A stretch of 64,000 bases of DNA, taken from contig NMRA01000394.1 in NCBI GenBank assembly GCA_002633005.1, positions 186,001-250,000 of the forward strand, read 5' to 3'. The position numbers and the translations under genes are program-made. Below, in pieces: positions 48,676-60,200 of this stretch. The notes below the pieces were generated by a model, which was not told the origin of the DNA, searched no databases, and worked only from the letters and a program-made list of their open reading frames with translations. Numbering within the stretch: the first letter of the stretch is position 1; each line of letters opens with the position of its first letter. The stretch comes from Phoronis australis. Taxonomy: Eukaryota > Animalia > Phoronida.

Positions 48676-51600
48676 GTAAGATATCTTAGTCAGTACATAT
48701 AGACAGGTGTATGGCGAAGGGTGAATGTTTCAATATAGCGGGTTTCTTTGATCATTAGGGGTTTGGCTCAGTCAATTCCCTGCTAGTGCAAGTAAGAGAA
48801 ATAAATTAAGATCCAGTTCGCCATGCAGACTTCACAGACACTTTTATCCACGTGTAAGGTTTCGATACCTATTTCTTTGCTCAAACTGCAAAAGAACACA
48901 ATTTGACAGTCTCTTTTTTGACCACCGTAACTCGATACAGAAGTCAAAGTTGTGCTATCAGCGTCTAGTTTCTCGACCTGGCTGGCTGCAACGTCAACCC
49001 GCGCATATGTGCGAGTTCGCATATTAAATATTTGTTTAATACGTGCGCAAGTGTGAAAGCCAAACTAATATTTTTGGAATAGTTGTGCATCGAAAACTGG
49101 TGTACGCACGACTTCGTTTTCATATTTCTTTGTCGGCACAATTTGTATACGTGAGATTAGAAGATGTTGTCTCGTAAAATCTTTTATTTTCTGAATCTCG
49201 GCGCTTTAACAATATCCCTGAAAACGAAAGAAAAATATCGTGTGTGATTTATAGGCGTGTAAATATTTAGAGGCGCCAATAGTTTATTCTGGTTCAAGAA
49301 ACCTTGTTTTCTAGTAATCTCTGACAAATGACGACGTTGCCTCTGTCTGTCTAACGATGGGGATATTTCATTTAAGGATATGACAGAAAGTTGCCTAAAC
49401 GTGTTCAGAGCATTATCTATCAGAGATGGCTGGTCGAATTCAGGTGGAATTTTCAGTTACCTTACAAAGTTCTCTAAAGCTCTGTACACTTTAGCATGAG
49501 ATGTCATCAAATTTGGCCCTGTCAGGATTTTAAAAAACGTTCAAATGATGCATAAATCTAAAGCAAAGAAAACTTTGAAAATTGTAATAGCGTTTTTTTT
49601 TAATTTTTCACCATGAGGCCACCTATATTAATAAAGGTGCCCCGCTCTTCGACCGCCTTTCCGCGAGGCCCTCTATGTCAATATGGAGGGCCTCGCTTTT
49701 GACGCCCGAAATTTAATTTTATGCCTATTTCATTTTAATACGAATAAGTCAGTTTAAATAATAAGCTGTTACAAGCTTATCGTTCAGCTCCCACATAACC
49801 CTTATTCTTATTCACCCACTGCCCACTATATTTCCAACAAGGTCAGATATAACTTCCATTTTGTAATAGCTTTGCTTGGAATAATAAAATTGATGGTAAA
49901 AACAGCTTTGCTCAAACGTTGTCTTTGGCACAGTTTGTTATTAGAATATTCTACTCCCTCTAGTGGTGTAAATAACGAGTACAAAAACGCACAAAACCTA
50001 GTTCATTTACCTCATCCAGACATCATAACGAACAGGTGTAAATTATAGCTTAGCTGTGCTGCATGTCCAGGGTAGCCAGCTCGTAGTTGGTAAACAAATA
50101 GGTGGAAGGGATGTATCTATCGGAGTATAATCTTTCGTCAACTTGGCGAGAGTTCGCGTGAGCGTGTTCAGTTTCGTGTCATTATGCCCCATTCAGTCCC
50201 AGTCATTGGATCGCCTCTTGCTGTAAAAAGCAATTATGAGTTCCCAAAAAATCAGAAGTTTAAATTGGTCTCCAGTCAAAATTCCAACCGTGTTAAGTCT
50301 GTGGGTAATGCAGCTTGTCTCATTCGACTCCATTTTGGCTTCACCGTCATCAGGGTCTCGTTTCAAATTGCCAGCACATGTGCCCTCCCTGGTTTTAATC
50401 CGGTCAATCTTAGATATTGCGATGGCTGTTGATCTGGTTTAGTGGGAACGCTGACAATTCGTCACGGTTACTTACCTTAATTAACTGGCTCTTGGCAATG
50501 AGAAGGCAGTCTATTATTATTGGCATTAAAATTTCTTGCTTACCGGCGCCTCCATACACCATGGGCCAACTTAGAGTTATTTCGCTATTTTCCCAAAAGG
50601 AAATGGTGTCAGTGAAGGAAGGAACAGTAAGGAATGTTGATTTTGTGTTTCCTGTACCATCAGCTAAGTACTTGATTTCATGGTTTGCTTAATAACCGTC
50701 ACCGCCAGTACAGAGACCTTGGTGGTTGCTGCATGACGGTGACATCGTTCGTGTCGTTGACACTGGTGCGCTCAAAACTGAAGCTGGAATGATCGACTGA
50801 CTGATTTAACTACGACTGTCCACAAAATAATATAATACAACAAAACACAAGACAACATGCAATAAAATACGTACAATGAAACAGATAAAACTATGGAAGA
50901 AGTAAAACTTAAAATAAAAAGGATAATCGATGTACGTAAATAACTAGTTTCATCGTGGTCCGATCTATATATGAAGTTTATTAGTAAAGTAATAATGATA
51001 ACAAAAAGTTAAATGATGAATAGGTGCATAAATACATGTATACATGAAAATACAAATAAAAATATACCATTACGAAACCAATAAATAATTAGGTCTCAGT
51101 CGATACGCGTAACAGTGTCTCGAGGGATACTATTTCATATACTCCACTCTAGGTATGTTTTGTATTTATTCCATACACTTCGAATTCTAAGATTCTTTTG
51201 TTTTTTTTCCGCAGGTTTGTTTTTAATACTGTACCCACCTTATTTCGGGTGATTGTGGAAATGAACACATAATTATTGGTGGCTGATGAGATGTGATCCC
51301 CGTGTAAGGTTAAAGAATGTGCACGATGTGTGCACTCAAAACATTTCGAGTTCCTGAAGCATTGTAGGAAAGGTGTAAAATCAAAACTTGAAATAAATTT
51401 TTCAATTGATGGAATTTGAAAATCTATCTTTTACAAACGCAATGAGCGAAAAACTGTGGAATCGCAGTGCAAACTCATTTCCAAAACATGAAAACATTTC
51501 AAAACGTAAAGTTCCGTGAAGTGTTCCAATATAAGAAGTTGGTGTCGAATACATTGTGGACACTCAGTGCCAGGTTTTCTCCCGAGACGAGTGACCCGAG

Positions 51601-53279
51601 TTTTGTCTACTAAGGTCGGGTGCGATCATCCTTGGCTGGCGCCAGCACTTCAGTTTTTGAGCCCCATCCCTCAGCGGGATATCGTAAATATGCGTTTCAG
51701 ATGTTCAATTTGATATTGGATATTTATTGTTAAATTCATAATTCGCGCTTGCACAGACGCGACAAAGTTGCGTTTGGCTGTGCCTAAGCGAAATACGTTG
51801 TTGCAACTTGACTACCCAGAAATTTTACTTTGTGTAATTTAACTAGCCAAACACCATGATCCAGACAAATGCAGTTCTTTTGGCATCAGGAGAAAAATTG
51901 GCTATTTTTTACCGTTATCGAACGAATAATTCAAACTTCATTCAGGTTTTTTAATCATACTCGTTGAGCACGCTCCTAAAAAATATTTCCCGAAAATAAC
52001 TTCAAAGATCTTTGATTGCTCCTCGATAATACTGCTTAGCATTCTAGCCTCACACTTTTGAGCCGCCTGTCAATGCCTTGGTAATTCTAACTTCCGTCAC
52101 AATGTTTCCGCCATTTGTCATTTTAACGCCAATCAGGGCGCATTTCACCCGCTTTAACTGGCTAAAAACTGGAAACCGAATAAGTTGTCGACTCTCATGC
52201 AATCAGTCTCATGACATTCCCCATCGTGTAAATATTCCCCGTCCGTTACTATCCAAAACACTCAAACCACCAGTGGTTCAAGAAAACGAATTTTATGAGG
52301 TTCATAGTGTAAATCGTACGCTATCAGTTCACCCACGTCTGAAATGTTGAAACGTTATCAGATTGCCCATGTGCGCGTTTCAGATTGTGTGTCGGTGTAT
52401 CAAAGAATCACCGGGCTGGACGACACAGCAACTGAGCTCCTCCATGCATTGTACATGTACGTAATCTGTCATTAACGTGGCCTGAATCATGCGAGAGGGG
52501 GGGAGCAAGAAACGTCGTTTAGTTTATATTACATGTACATATTAACATGACTGGGTGATCAACAAAGGCATATACCGTTGACCACCAAAAAGTATAAGAA
52601 TGCAACTGCATATTAATAAGGAATTATAATTAAAACGATAGTAATAACACTAGAAAATATATTGCATTAGAATACAGTACAGTACAGTAGCGTAAAATAT
52701 AATACTTATTTATATAACTGAATGCAAGTTCTACCAAAAATTACATAACATCTCCCAAGAAACCAAACGTTTAAACACCATATAATTACATGGTTCGGGA
52801 ATGGTAACCATATTGCGAAGACGCATTGCAATCTAGTACGTTGCGTTGTGGTACTTGGTGGAAATGGAAACATGTTATTCGTGAAAGTAAAAATGGGCCT
52901 CGTTATGCCTCAAGACATATATCATAGTTGATTAAAATTCTCATCATGAAAATGAGTTTTGTTTTCCTTATTACATGTGATTGTTTCTGTGTGAGCCAAG
53001 TTTAATGACTAATTTTTAATATTTCTTAAGGATTGTAATCGGAACTACATGTATGTTCTTGACAAATGTCTCGAAAAGAATAAGACAGACAAATGAGCAT
53101 CTTAAATGCTTTCAAATTTGGTAAATAACTGTTGCCGGTTTTTTAATTGAGTGAAGTGTAAGCGAAGCTGTTGAGAACTTATAGCAACAATAGCGAATAC
53201 GAAGTAGTACCTTGTGACGTCACTGCTTGTGAGTTTCGTGGTCCTCAGCATCAACAGTGAGCTAATCTCCCAAGGTGTG

Positions 53280-53705
53280 GAATGTCCAAACTGTGACACG
53301 GGGTGTATGAATTTTTAATTGATTCCTTCCATAAAAAGGATACTAAACCCTGTTTTGATGATTTCAACCAATCCTCGTCCTCTCACCTACTGACGAATCC
53401 TTGGCGTCAGGGATCAACTATAAATTCATACCCACTGTCTCACCAATTGAACAGTATGGTCCTTGGTGGGTGTTTTTTCCCACAGATGCCGGGTAACTCG
53501 CTAGAAGCGTAGGCCACGCGTGTCCCTTCAGCAGAGTTTTCTAATTTTCTTTAAAACTTTTAAAGATTGTCGAGTCGTTACAGAGGATCATTTTGTTTCA
53601 GAGAAATGGATAGGAAAGTCGTTTTTAGTATCTTTTAATAGGCCAAAACCTGGTTTGTTTGGATGATTGACGCCAGTGATGCATTAGCAAGTGACAGAAC
53701 GAGTA
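53280..53705 (-). repeat. Rearranged, reverse-oriented copy of the foldback element
   Basis: TGATGATTTCAACCAATCCTCGT, ATGGTCCTTGGTGGGTG and GGATAGGAAAGTCGTTTT are reverse complements of blocks in 25810-26150. Confidence 0.75.
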
Positions 53706-53732
53706 TTTAGTTGGTGGAAGTCGTCAAAGGAG

Positions 53733-53980
53733 CATGCACGCACCCAGATAGGGGAGGCTGAAATTTCTTAATATGGGGACCTATTACTGCAGAAAATTAA
53801 CGAGGACTAAAAACACGGGGCCACCAGGTTCAGGCCTACGAATTGTGCATCTGCGCCGATTTCCTGTATCCTTTGTGGACTTTTGTGTCGTTTACTCGGA
53901 CTTTTTTTCACTGAGGCGGACCTTTTGCCCAATTCACCAAATCGGAGGGGCTCCCCGAGCCTCCCCTGGGTGCGCCAATC
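53733..53980 (+). mobile_element. MITE family A, copy 3, with 5-bp TSD AGGAG
   Basis: TIRs CATGCACGCACCCAG / CTGGGTGCGCCAATC, with AGGAG immediately on both sides. Confidence 0.85.
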
Positions 53981-55720
53981 AGGAGGGTGTCCTTTTTGAG
54001 AATATGAAATAGGGATATTGATGAATTATGAGCTACGTTACATTCATCAAATCCATGTCAAGATCGCATCATTTCACAGCGCAACTGAGTTAGTTTAGCC
54101 GGTGAGGGCCGCTGCGCCTCAGCCTCACCCGACGGAACCTCGCGCACAGCCGGTCGAAACTATATACATGTAGTCAGAACTAGAAGACCACCCTGTCCCT
54201 TTCAGTCTTCACAAAATCATAGAGTCCCATTCAGTCTTCGTAGAACAGCCGTTGGTCGCCGCAGCTCTGACCTGTGCCCCAGATGTTGTCCTTGCTTGAG
54301 AATGAGTCGTTAGTTAGATCCAAGAATGGCGATTGGAAGTGATTGCAATTGAGAACTGAGCTCATTTGTAAACAATGTACTCAATGTTTTAAGACAATTC
54401 AACTCTTACACACCCTTTGGATACTACATGATGGATACAAATGCAATACTTTATTCATGTCAGTTCCACCTCATTAGCAGACAATGGATTGTTCTGAAAC
54501 CTCCTCGACCCTCTCGAACCCCACACCCCTTGACCCCTTTGACCCACAAACCCCTGACCGTTCATTAAATGCTTACGACAAGCCTCTACACTTGTCACGA
54601 TCAGCTGTCATTTTATTCGCTCTGAAGCTGTGGCAAGTGACCAGTTCTTTGCCAAGACCCGACTGAACTAGTTAAGACTTGTTTAAATGCCGCAAGTGAT
54701 CCAAATCGAAAATCGGAACGGTGGTTTGTTGTCGCTTTGGACTATATAGGCTGCCTCTAGCCGCGTAAAGAGGTCCCATATGAAACTTGTCGATAATCGG
54801 TACAAACTGGAACTCTGAAAGCACTACCGAAATTAGTACGTTTCATGCCGAGATAAAAAGTGGGAGTATTTTGTATCCCATAAAAATCATAGCTGCATTT
54901 GAAATATCGGTACACAACTAAGGCCTCTTTCCTAGTGAAGCATTTAGCTAAGTTCAATCATCGAGATGTGGGAATTCTGTTTAGGCATCCTGGACATTAT
55001 TAAAAATCTTCCCCCTACAAGGGTACCGAGGCACGCTCAATTAAATTTCAATTGCTTGTACAGATCTCATAGCTTTGCGCAACAAAGAACGACACAAGAC
55101 ATAGAACAAAGGACATTGTGCAATCAATAAGACTTATGGAAGAAAGTTCTTCATGCACAATCTTCTTATGGAATTCATGAATTGAATTCCAATACCTGCA
55201 ACCAATCGATGTCCGATGTGCATACTCTAACTTTGAATCAAGATTTGTCGGAATCCTGGCATTGCCGGATTGCGATCGATCATTACGTAGACCTGATGAC
55301 GTGATGCAATGATCCGGCACTGGTGGGGTTGACATTATCCTGACTGTCTCAATTTAATAAAGGAATGAATGCAATAATTCCTTCGTAAAAGAACTCCAGT
55401 GCTCATGAATTACAAATAGGACCCGGGGTGTAATTATCATACTCGAAATACAGCTCGAAAATATTTTTATTTTTGTCATTTTCTATTCTACGTTAGTGCA
55501 AACTCAAGATAAGTTTCAATAGTTGTTTCGTCGGATACACATCAATCAATTTTGCAAACTTGGACGAGAAACTCGTATGGATCAAAAATTACCTAAGCTA
55601 GCACAGACACACTGACACTTATCTCGATTTCATGGAAAAGTAGAACAGAAAATCCAACGAATAATTTCGAGTTCAGATTTCGAGTTCAAAGATTAGACCC
55701 CGACCCTAGATGTTCATGTA

Positions 55721-57205
55721 TCAGGTGTCCTATAGGGTGCCATCGACAAGTTTACAAAGTACCACAGAGAAATACAAAAGATTATGGAAGTACTGTGTAA
55801 TTCAAACCAGCAGGGTGAAAAATACAATGGCAGTGTGACTTTCATCGTTTCAATCTGTGCTGGCATCTGTCAGTCAAAAAATGCCTGCCTGGGTCTCAGT
55901 TATGTTGTTTGTTATTGTCAGGTATGTATCCAAACCCGATCTGTCAATTATTTCCCTTTGTAAGGATGATTTTGAATGAAAGAGATCAAATTACTATTGA
56001 AGCGTGTTTCAAGGAGAAAGGGTGGGGCCAAAGAAGGTTCGTAAGCGGGTTCCCTGGAAAAGAGTGGAGTTGTGTCACTGTAAATAGACTTAATGCTAAA
56101 ATACGCAACACAAAGTCTGTTGTGCGTACATGTAAAAGTGGCACTGGGAGACCCAAGACTGCATGTTTGAAAGAAAATGATGATCGCGTTGAGGAATTGA
56201 TTCAATCACAGGAGGTCAACCAGGGAATCACAAATCTCTGAGAGAGGTCGCAAGCGAGCAAGTCTGCTGTGCAAAGAATGGCGAAAACACTGGAGCTAAG
56301 CACTTCAAAAGAATGTGGGTATGGGTACATGTATGTTAGAAGGACAAGAAAAACTCTATACTATTCAGCCACTCAGATGTGAAAAGAATCGTTTTCACTG
56401 ATAAAAAATATGTTACGCTATTTTTAGTCAGTTATAAGTTTAATAAGACATATACGCTAGAAATAGTTGAAATCGCCAAAACAATCATGTTTATGGGAAA
56501 TAAAAAGGAGAAATGGCAGCCTTCTCGACTCTGTTATGAGATTTACAGATTTCCTTAAAAAGTAATGGTATCCGCTGGAGTAGCCCGAGAAGGAAGAACA
56601 AACATTCATTTTATTGAATCCAACGTTAACAGTGGACTTTACATGCAGTTATTGGATGAAAATCTCCTGGATTGCAGGCGACTTTATCCTGGAAACAGCG
56701 TGTTCCAGCAAGATGAGGTTCCTTTACACAAGAGAAAGATATCCCCAGTTTACATCAAAATTCATTAAAAGGATGAATGGCATCCGATCAGTCTTGACTG
56801 CAGTTCAATCGACTATGCCATGTGGGACTCTCTGAAGACGAAAATTTACCGTCGAATGAGAGAAGAATTGAGCGAGCAGGGCTTAATAGACAGGACAATT
56901 ACATGTATGTCAATGGAAGAAATGTCGATGGAAGACATACGGAAAAACATTTCAGGTTGGAAGAATCGGCTTCGTGTAGTCGTGGGGGAAATCGAGGCCG
57001 CATTGATCATAGACTGACATAATCGTCAGTTTTCCTTTGATATTTTATTTGTGGCAACAATTTTTTAATTTGACAGGACTCCCGTAATTGGACACATTTG
57101 TTGGTGATATCCTAAGATTTATCTGTAAGAATTTTTTAAAAAATCAGTTTATTTGTTGCTGAGAAATTACTTGTCAAAAACTGACTATTTTTAGGACACC
57201 TGATG
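55721..57205 (+). mobile_element. Decayed Tc1/mariner-superfamily DNA transposon (DD37D/maT-like)
   Basis: Terminal inverted repeat TCAGGTGTCCTA (55721) / TAGGACACCTGA (57192-57203), flanked by TA dinucleotides and enclosing a broken transposase. Confidence 0.88.
55966..57017 (+). pseudogene. Frameshifted transposase pseudogene
   Basis: HTH region plus GRPK, then IVFTD (first Asp), VMVSAGV, FQQDEVPLH (second Asp) and EWHPISLDCSSIDYAMW (degenerate WPPxSPDLNPxDYxxW, third Asp), spread over several frames with stops. Confidence 0.88.
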
Positions 57206-60200
57206 TATGCAATTTCTGTTTTTGACGTGAATACTACCAGCATATCTGCTTGTCATGTGATTAAACCTGTCATATAAACTTCCTTGCTGACTGGCATGTT
57301 TAATAAAAATGACTGTCAAGCGATTGTCAGTTCCCATGAACTATGAAAAACGAGCAGAGTTTTTAAGAGCTCCCAAGGTCCTCATAATAAGAAATTCCCT
57401 GCACTAGTTGTCAAGATCTTACAGTCTTCGTTAAAAAACATGTAACGTGTTATTAATAATCAAATAGTCCCCAGTGACAGCAGTGAATAAAAAACGAACC
57501 TCCTACTAACGGCGATTTACAAAACGGGAGCACAAGTTTTAGGAGTAAACATGTACATGTAGTTAATCTAGAATATTCTCCTTTCGCCCAGACCTCGGCC
57601 CATCGGACTGATTTACTTTCTGTTGAGAATTGAACTTTTCAAATAATATGTCATTTCTCAACTGAATTCAAAGGTAATTTGGAAACTGATGCGCTTGATT
57701 TCACAAGAGGCATCGTGGCGATAACTTAAGCGCAAAAAAATGACGCTTCTCGCTCTCAAGTCAGCATTTATTTATCGTTGTTTTCTAGTTTACGAATAGG
57801 TTATCGAATACTAGGTCTTACCAAAACCAAACCACAGCATCTTTACAACCAATTGGGCCTCTTAAGATACGTAAGCCCCTCGTATACATGCAAACTGTGA
57901 TCACGAGCTTCGCTTATAGTGCATGGCGAAATCTCGCGAAAATTTGCGGGATCTCGTTGTTCTTGCTAGAAACTATCTATACGGAAGGCAGACTTGTAGA
58001 TTGTTTCAAAACATGGACATGTTTGTTTAATATAAGAAATGATTGAGCAGGTGTTAGCACGCTTGAATGCGTCATATTTTTAGTATCATTTCACAATCTG
58101 CTGTATTTGGATTGTTACAACTGAATGTTTCGATGTACTGTAAATAAATGAGGGTATAACAAGCGTTATGTTACTGTCATCATTAGCCTTTCTTCCGTCG
58201 ACTGTGGTTATTACCGCCACTGTTTTTTGGCTAATGGCAGTTTTGTTTAATGGTAAGTTAGTGTATATTATTCTAGTTAAGTGCATTACAATTTCAATGT
58301 GATAGACGATAAAAATGCAAAATACATAGTTCGGTTAGATTCCTTTAAAATCCCAAAGAGTATCCGGGCGTGTGAGGATAAAACTAATTATACACGACGG
58401 GAACTCTCAGAAAGGTCCTTTTGTCTGTCACACGCTAAACACGAGTACAAATTAGATTTCAATGCGTGTGAAATGATAGTCCTTACAAGATTTCCAAACA
58501 TATTTTTGGGGATCACAGCACAAAATAGTCTTTGCCCAGACATTATATTTTCGTTGATTTTGATTTAAATATCACATGCCAGAGCGATTATTGTTGACTA
58601 CAACATGACAAGCTTTCAGCGCACATGTATCTTTGAGAGACACACTTGTAAGCGGTGTCTAAAGTTTAACTGTTTCTATTTTCTTCACGTCACCACGGCT
58701 AATTATTCACGATTGGTTACGTGTCAATTGACAGCGTGGTCAAAGATATAGCGTAATAGTTTGCAACTTGTGAAATTGAATTGATTTGAGGTAGAAACAC
58801 TATTTGCATTCCCGATTAATTAATAACGCTTTGTCAATATTCGTGTTTTCCCCACACGTCTCTGTTCATACTCATAGCCTCTATTGTTTGCAATGCATGT
58901 ACGGTAGTGATTGTATCTCACACTCACACCCAATGACGTCCTCTGTATACTAATATCACAGATGTCTGAGCCTCTGGCAGCCATATTCGCTTATTATGAG
59001 ACCCGTGTATGCTTTTCTTGGACAATAATCGACTGTAAACAACATTTATGCATCTAAATTTAACACGAGGTCTAGCTGTTGTTGTTTTACAATAGTTTCC
59101 AGTCACATTCACTGTGCCTCATAGAAGGTGGCCAGCCAGATAGCTGTATGAAGACTGTAGTCAAAATATTTAGTATACAGTTTTGCGCCAAGACTACATA
59201 GAAGGTTGTTATTAAGACAACCGTGAAAACAATTGGAGTGGAACACTCTATGACTAACAGTTTTCAAATATATTTATCTAACTTGGTGGCCATCTTCCTC
59301 CAAATTTAACAATTTGCCCGTTTTTTGAGAAAATACTTTTCTGTTTTATAATGTTTCTCAAGACTCCTTGTAAATACATTTTAGTGTATAGATAGGCAGC
59401 GGTTAGACAGGAAATAGGTGGCCCAATCCAATCTCACCGCTGCCTATCAATATGAAACTTACTGGCCAATATCAAAATTGCTCATAATTTCCAAAATGAA
59501 TCGTATAATTTGTTGCTTTCTCGTTGCCAGGAAGACAAAATCTAGAGACGCATCCAGTTTACAGTTCTATGGTCTAATATGGGCACTTCTTAAAAACGTG
59601 TGTTAAAATTTCTTGAACTTCTTCACAAAAAGTATACACAGGATAAGTTGAGATTCCTGTTTCAAATAAATAAGAGTTTGTGCTGAGCATTCTATGGTCC
59701 ATTCTATATTGAAGCCACGTCTTGAGAGAAATCCGTTATAATTATTTGAATAAACAATTACCCAACATACAGCAGCGTCACTTTTGCGCTCAGACGTCTA
59801 CTTATAATGCGATTTTGGTAATCTACGGTGCAAGCCAAAAAAGGTGTCGCATGCTTATATTTCGCTTGCTTTCATCTTTCAACGACGAATCAAGTCATCC
59901 CTCACGCTCATATCCTTGACCTAAAGACCTCAGATATAAATGTCTTCGTGCGATCGTAATTTCGACGTGTCCAGGCTAACATCGAAAGTGTAAAACTAAG
60001 TCGTACATGTTACCCTAGAATTGCGTATCAAACATATTAACCTGCTTAAGTCGAAACTGCGATCGCGTGAACACATTTATCTGCAGAAATAACACGGCAC
60101 AGAAATCAAGCCCTTCAAAAGAACTTATTCACTCGAAGATTCAACTTGTTACTATTCACTTGTCACTCTGCTATTCGTATTTTTGTGAATTCGCTGAATA

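Noticed and set aside
22166-50475. Other minus-strand GT donors tested as nAChR exon 1 (near 22168, 31461, 32036, 37948, 41347, 44244, 47050, 50474)
   Set aside because: Each has an in-frame stop, the wrong phase, or no suitable ATG plus hydrophobic leader.
51153-51214. Apparent short intron with a strong acceptor (TTTTTTTTCCGCAG) as exon 2 of the plus-strand gene
   Set aside because: All three frames close soon after the acceptor, and the segment is homologous to the repeat at 39660-39790.
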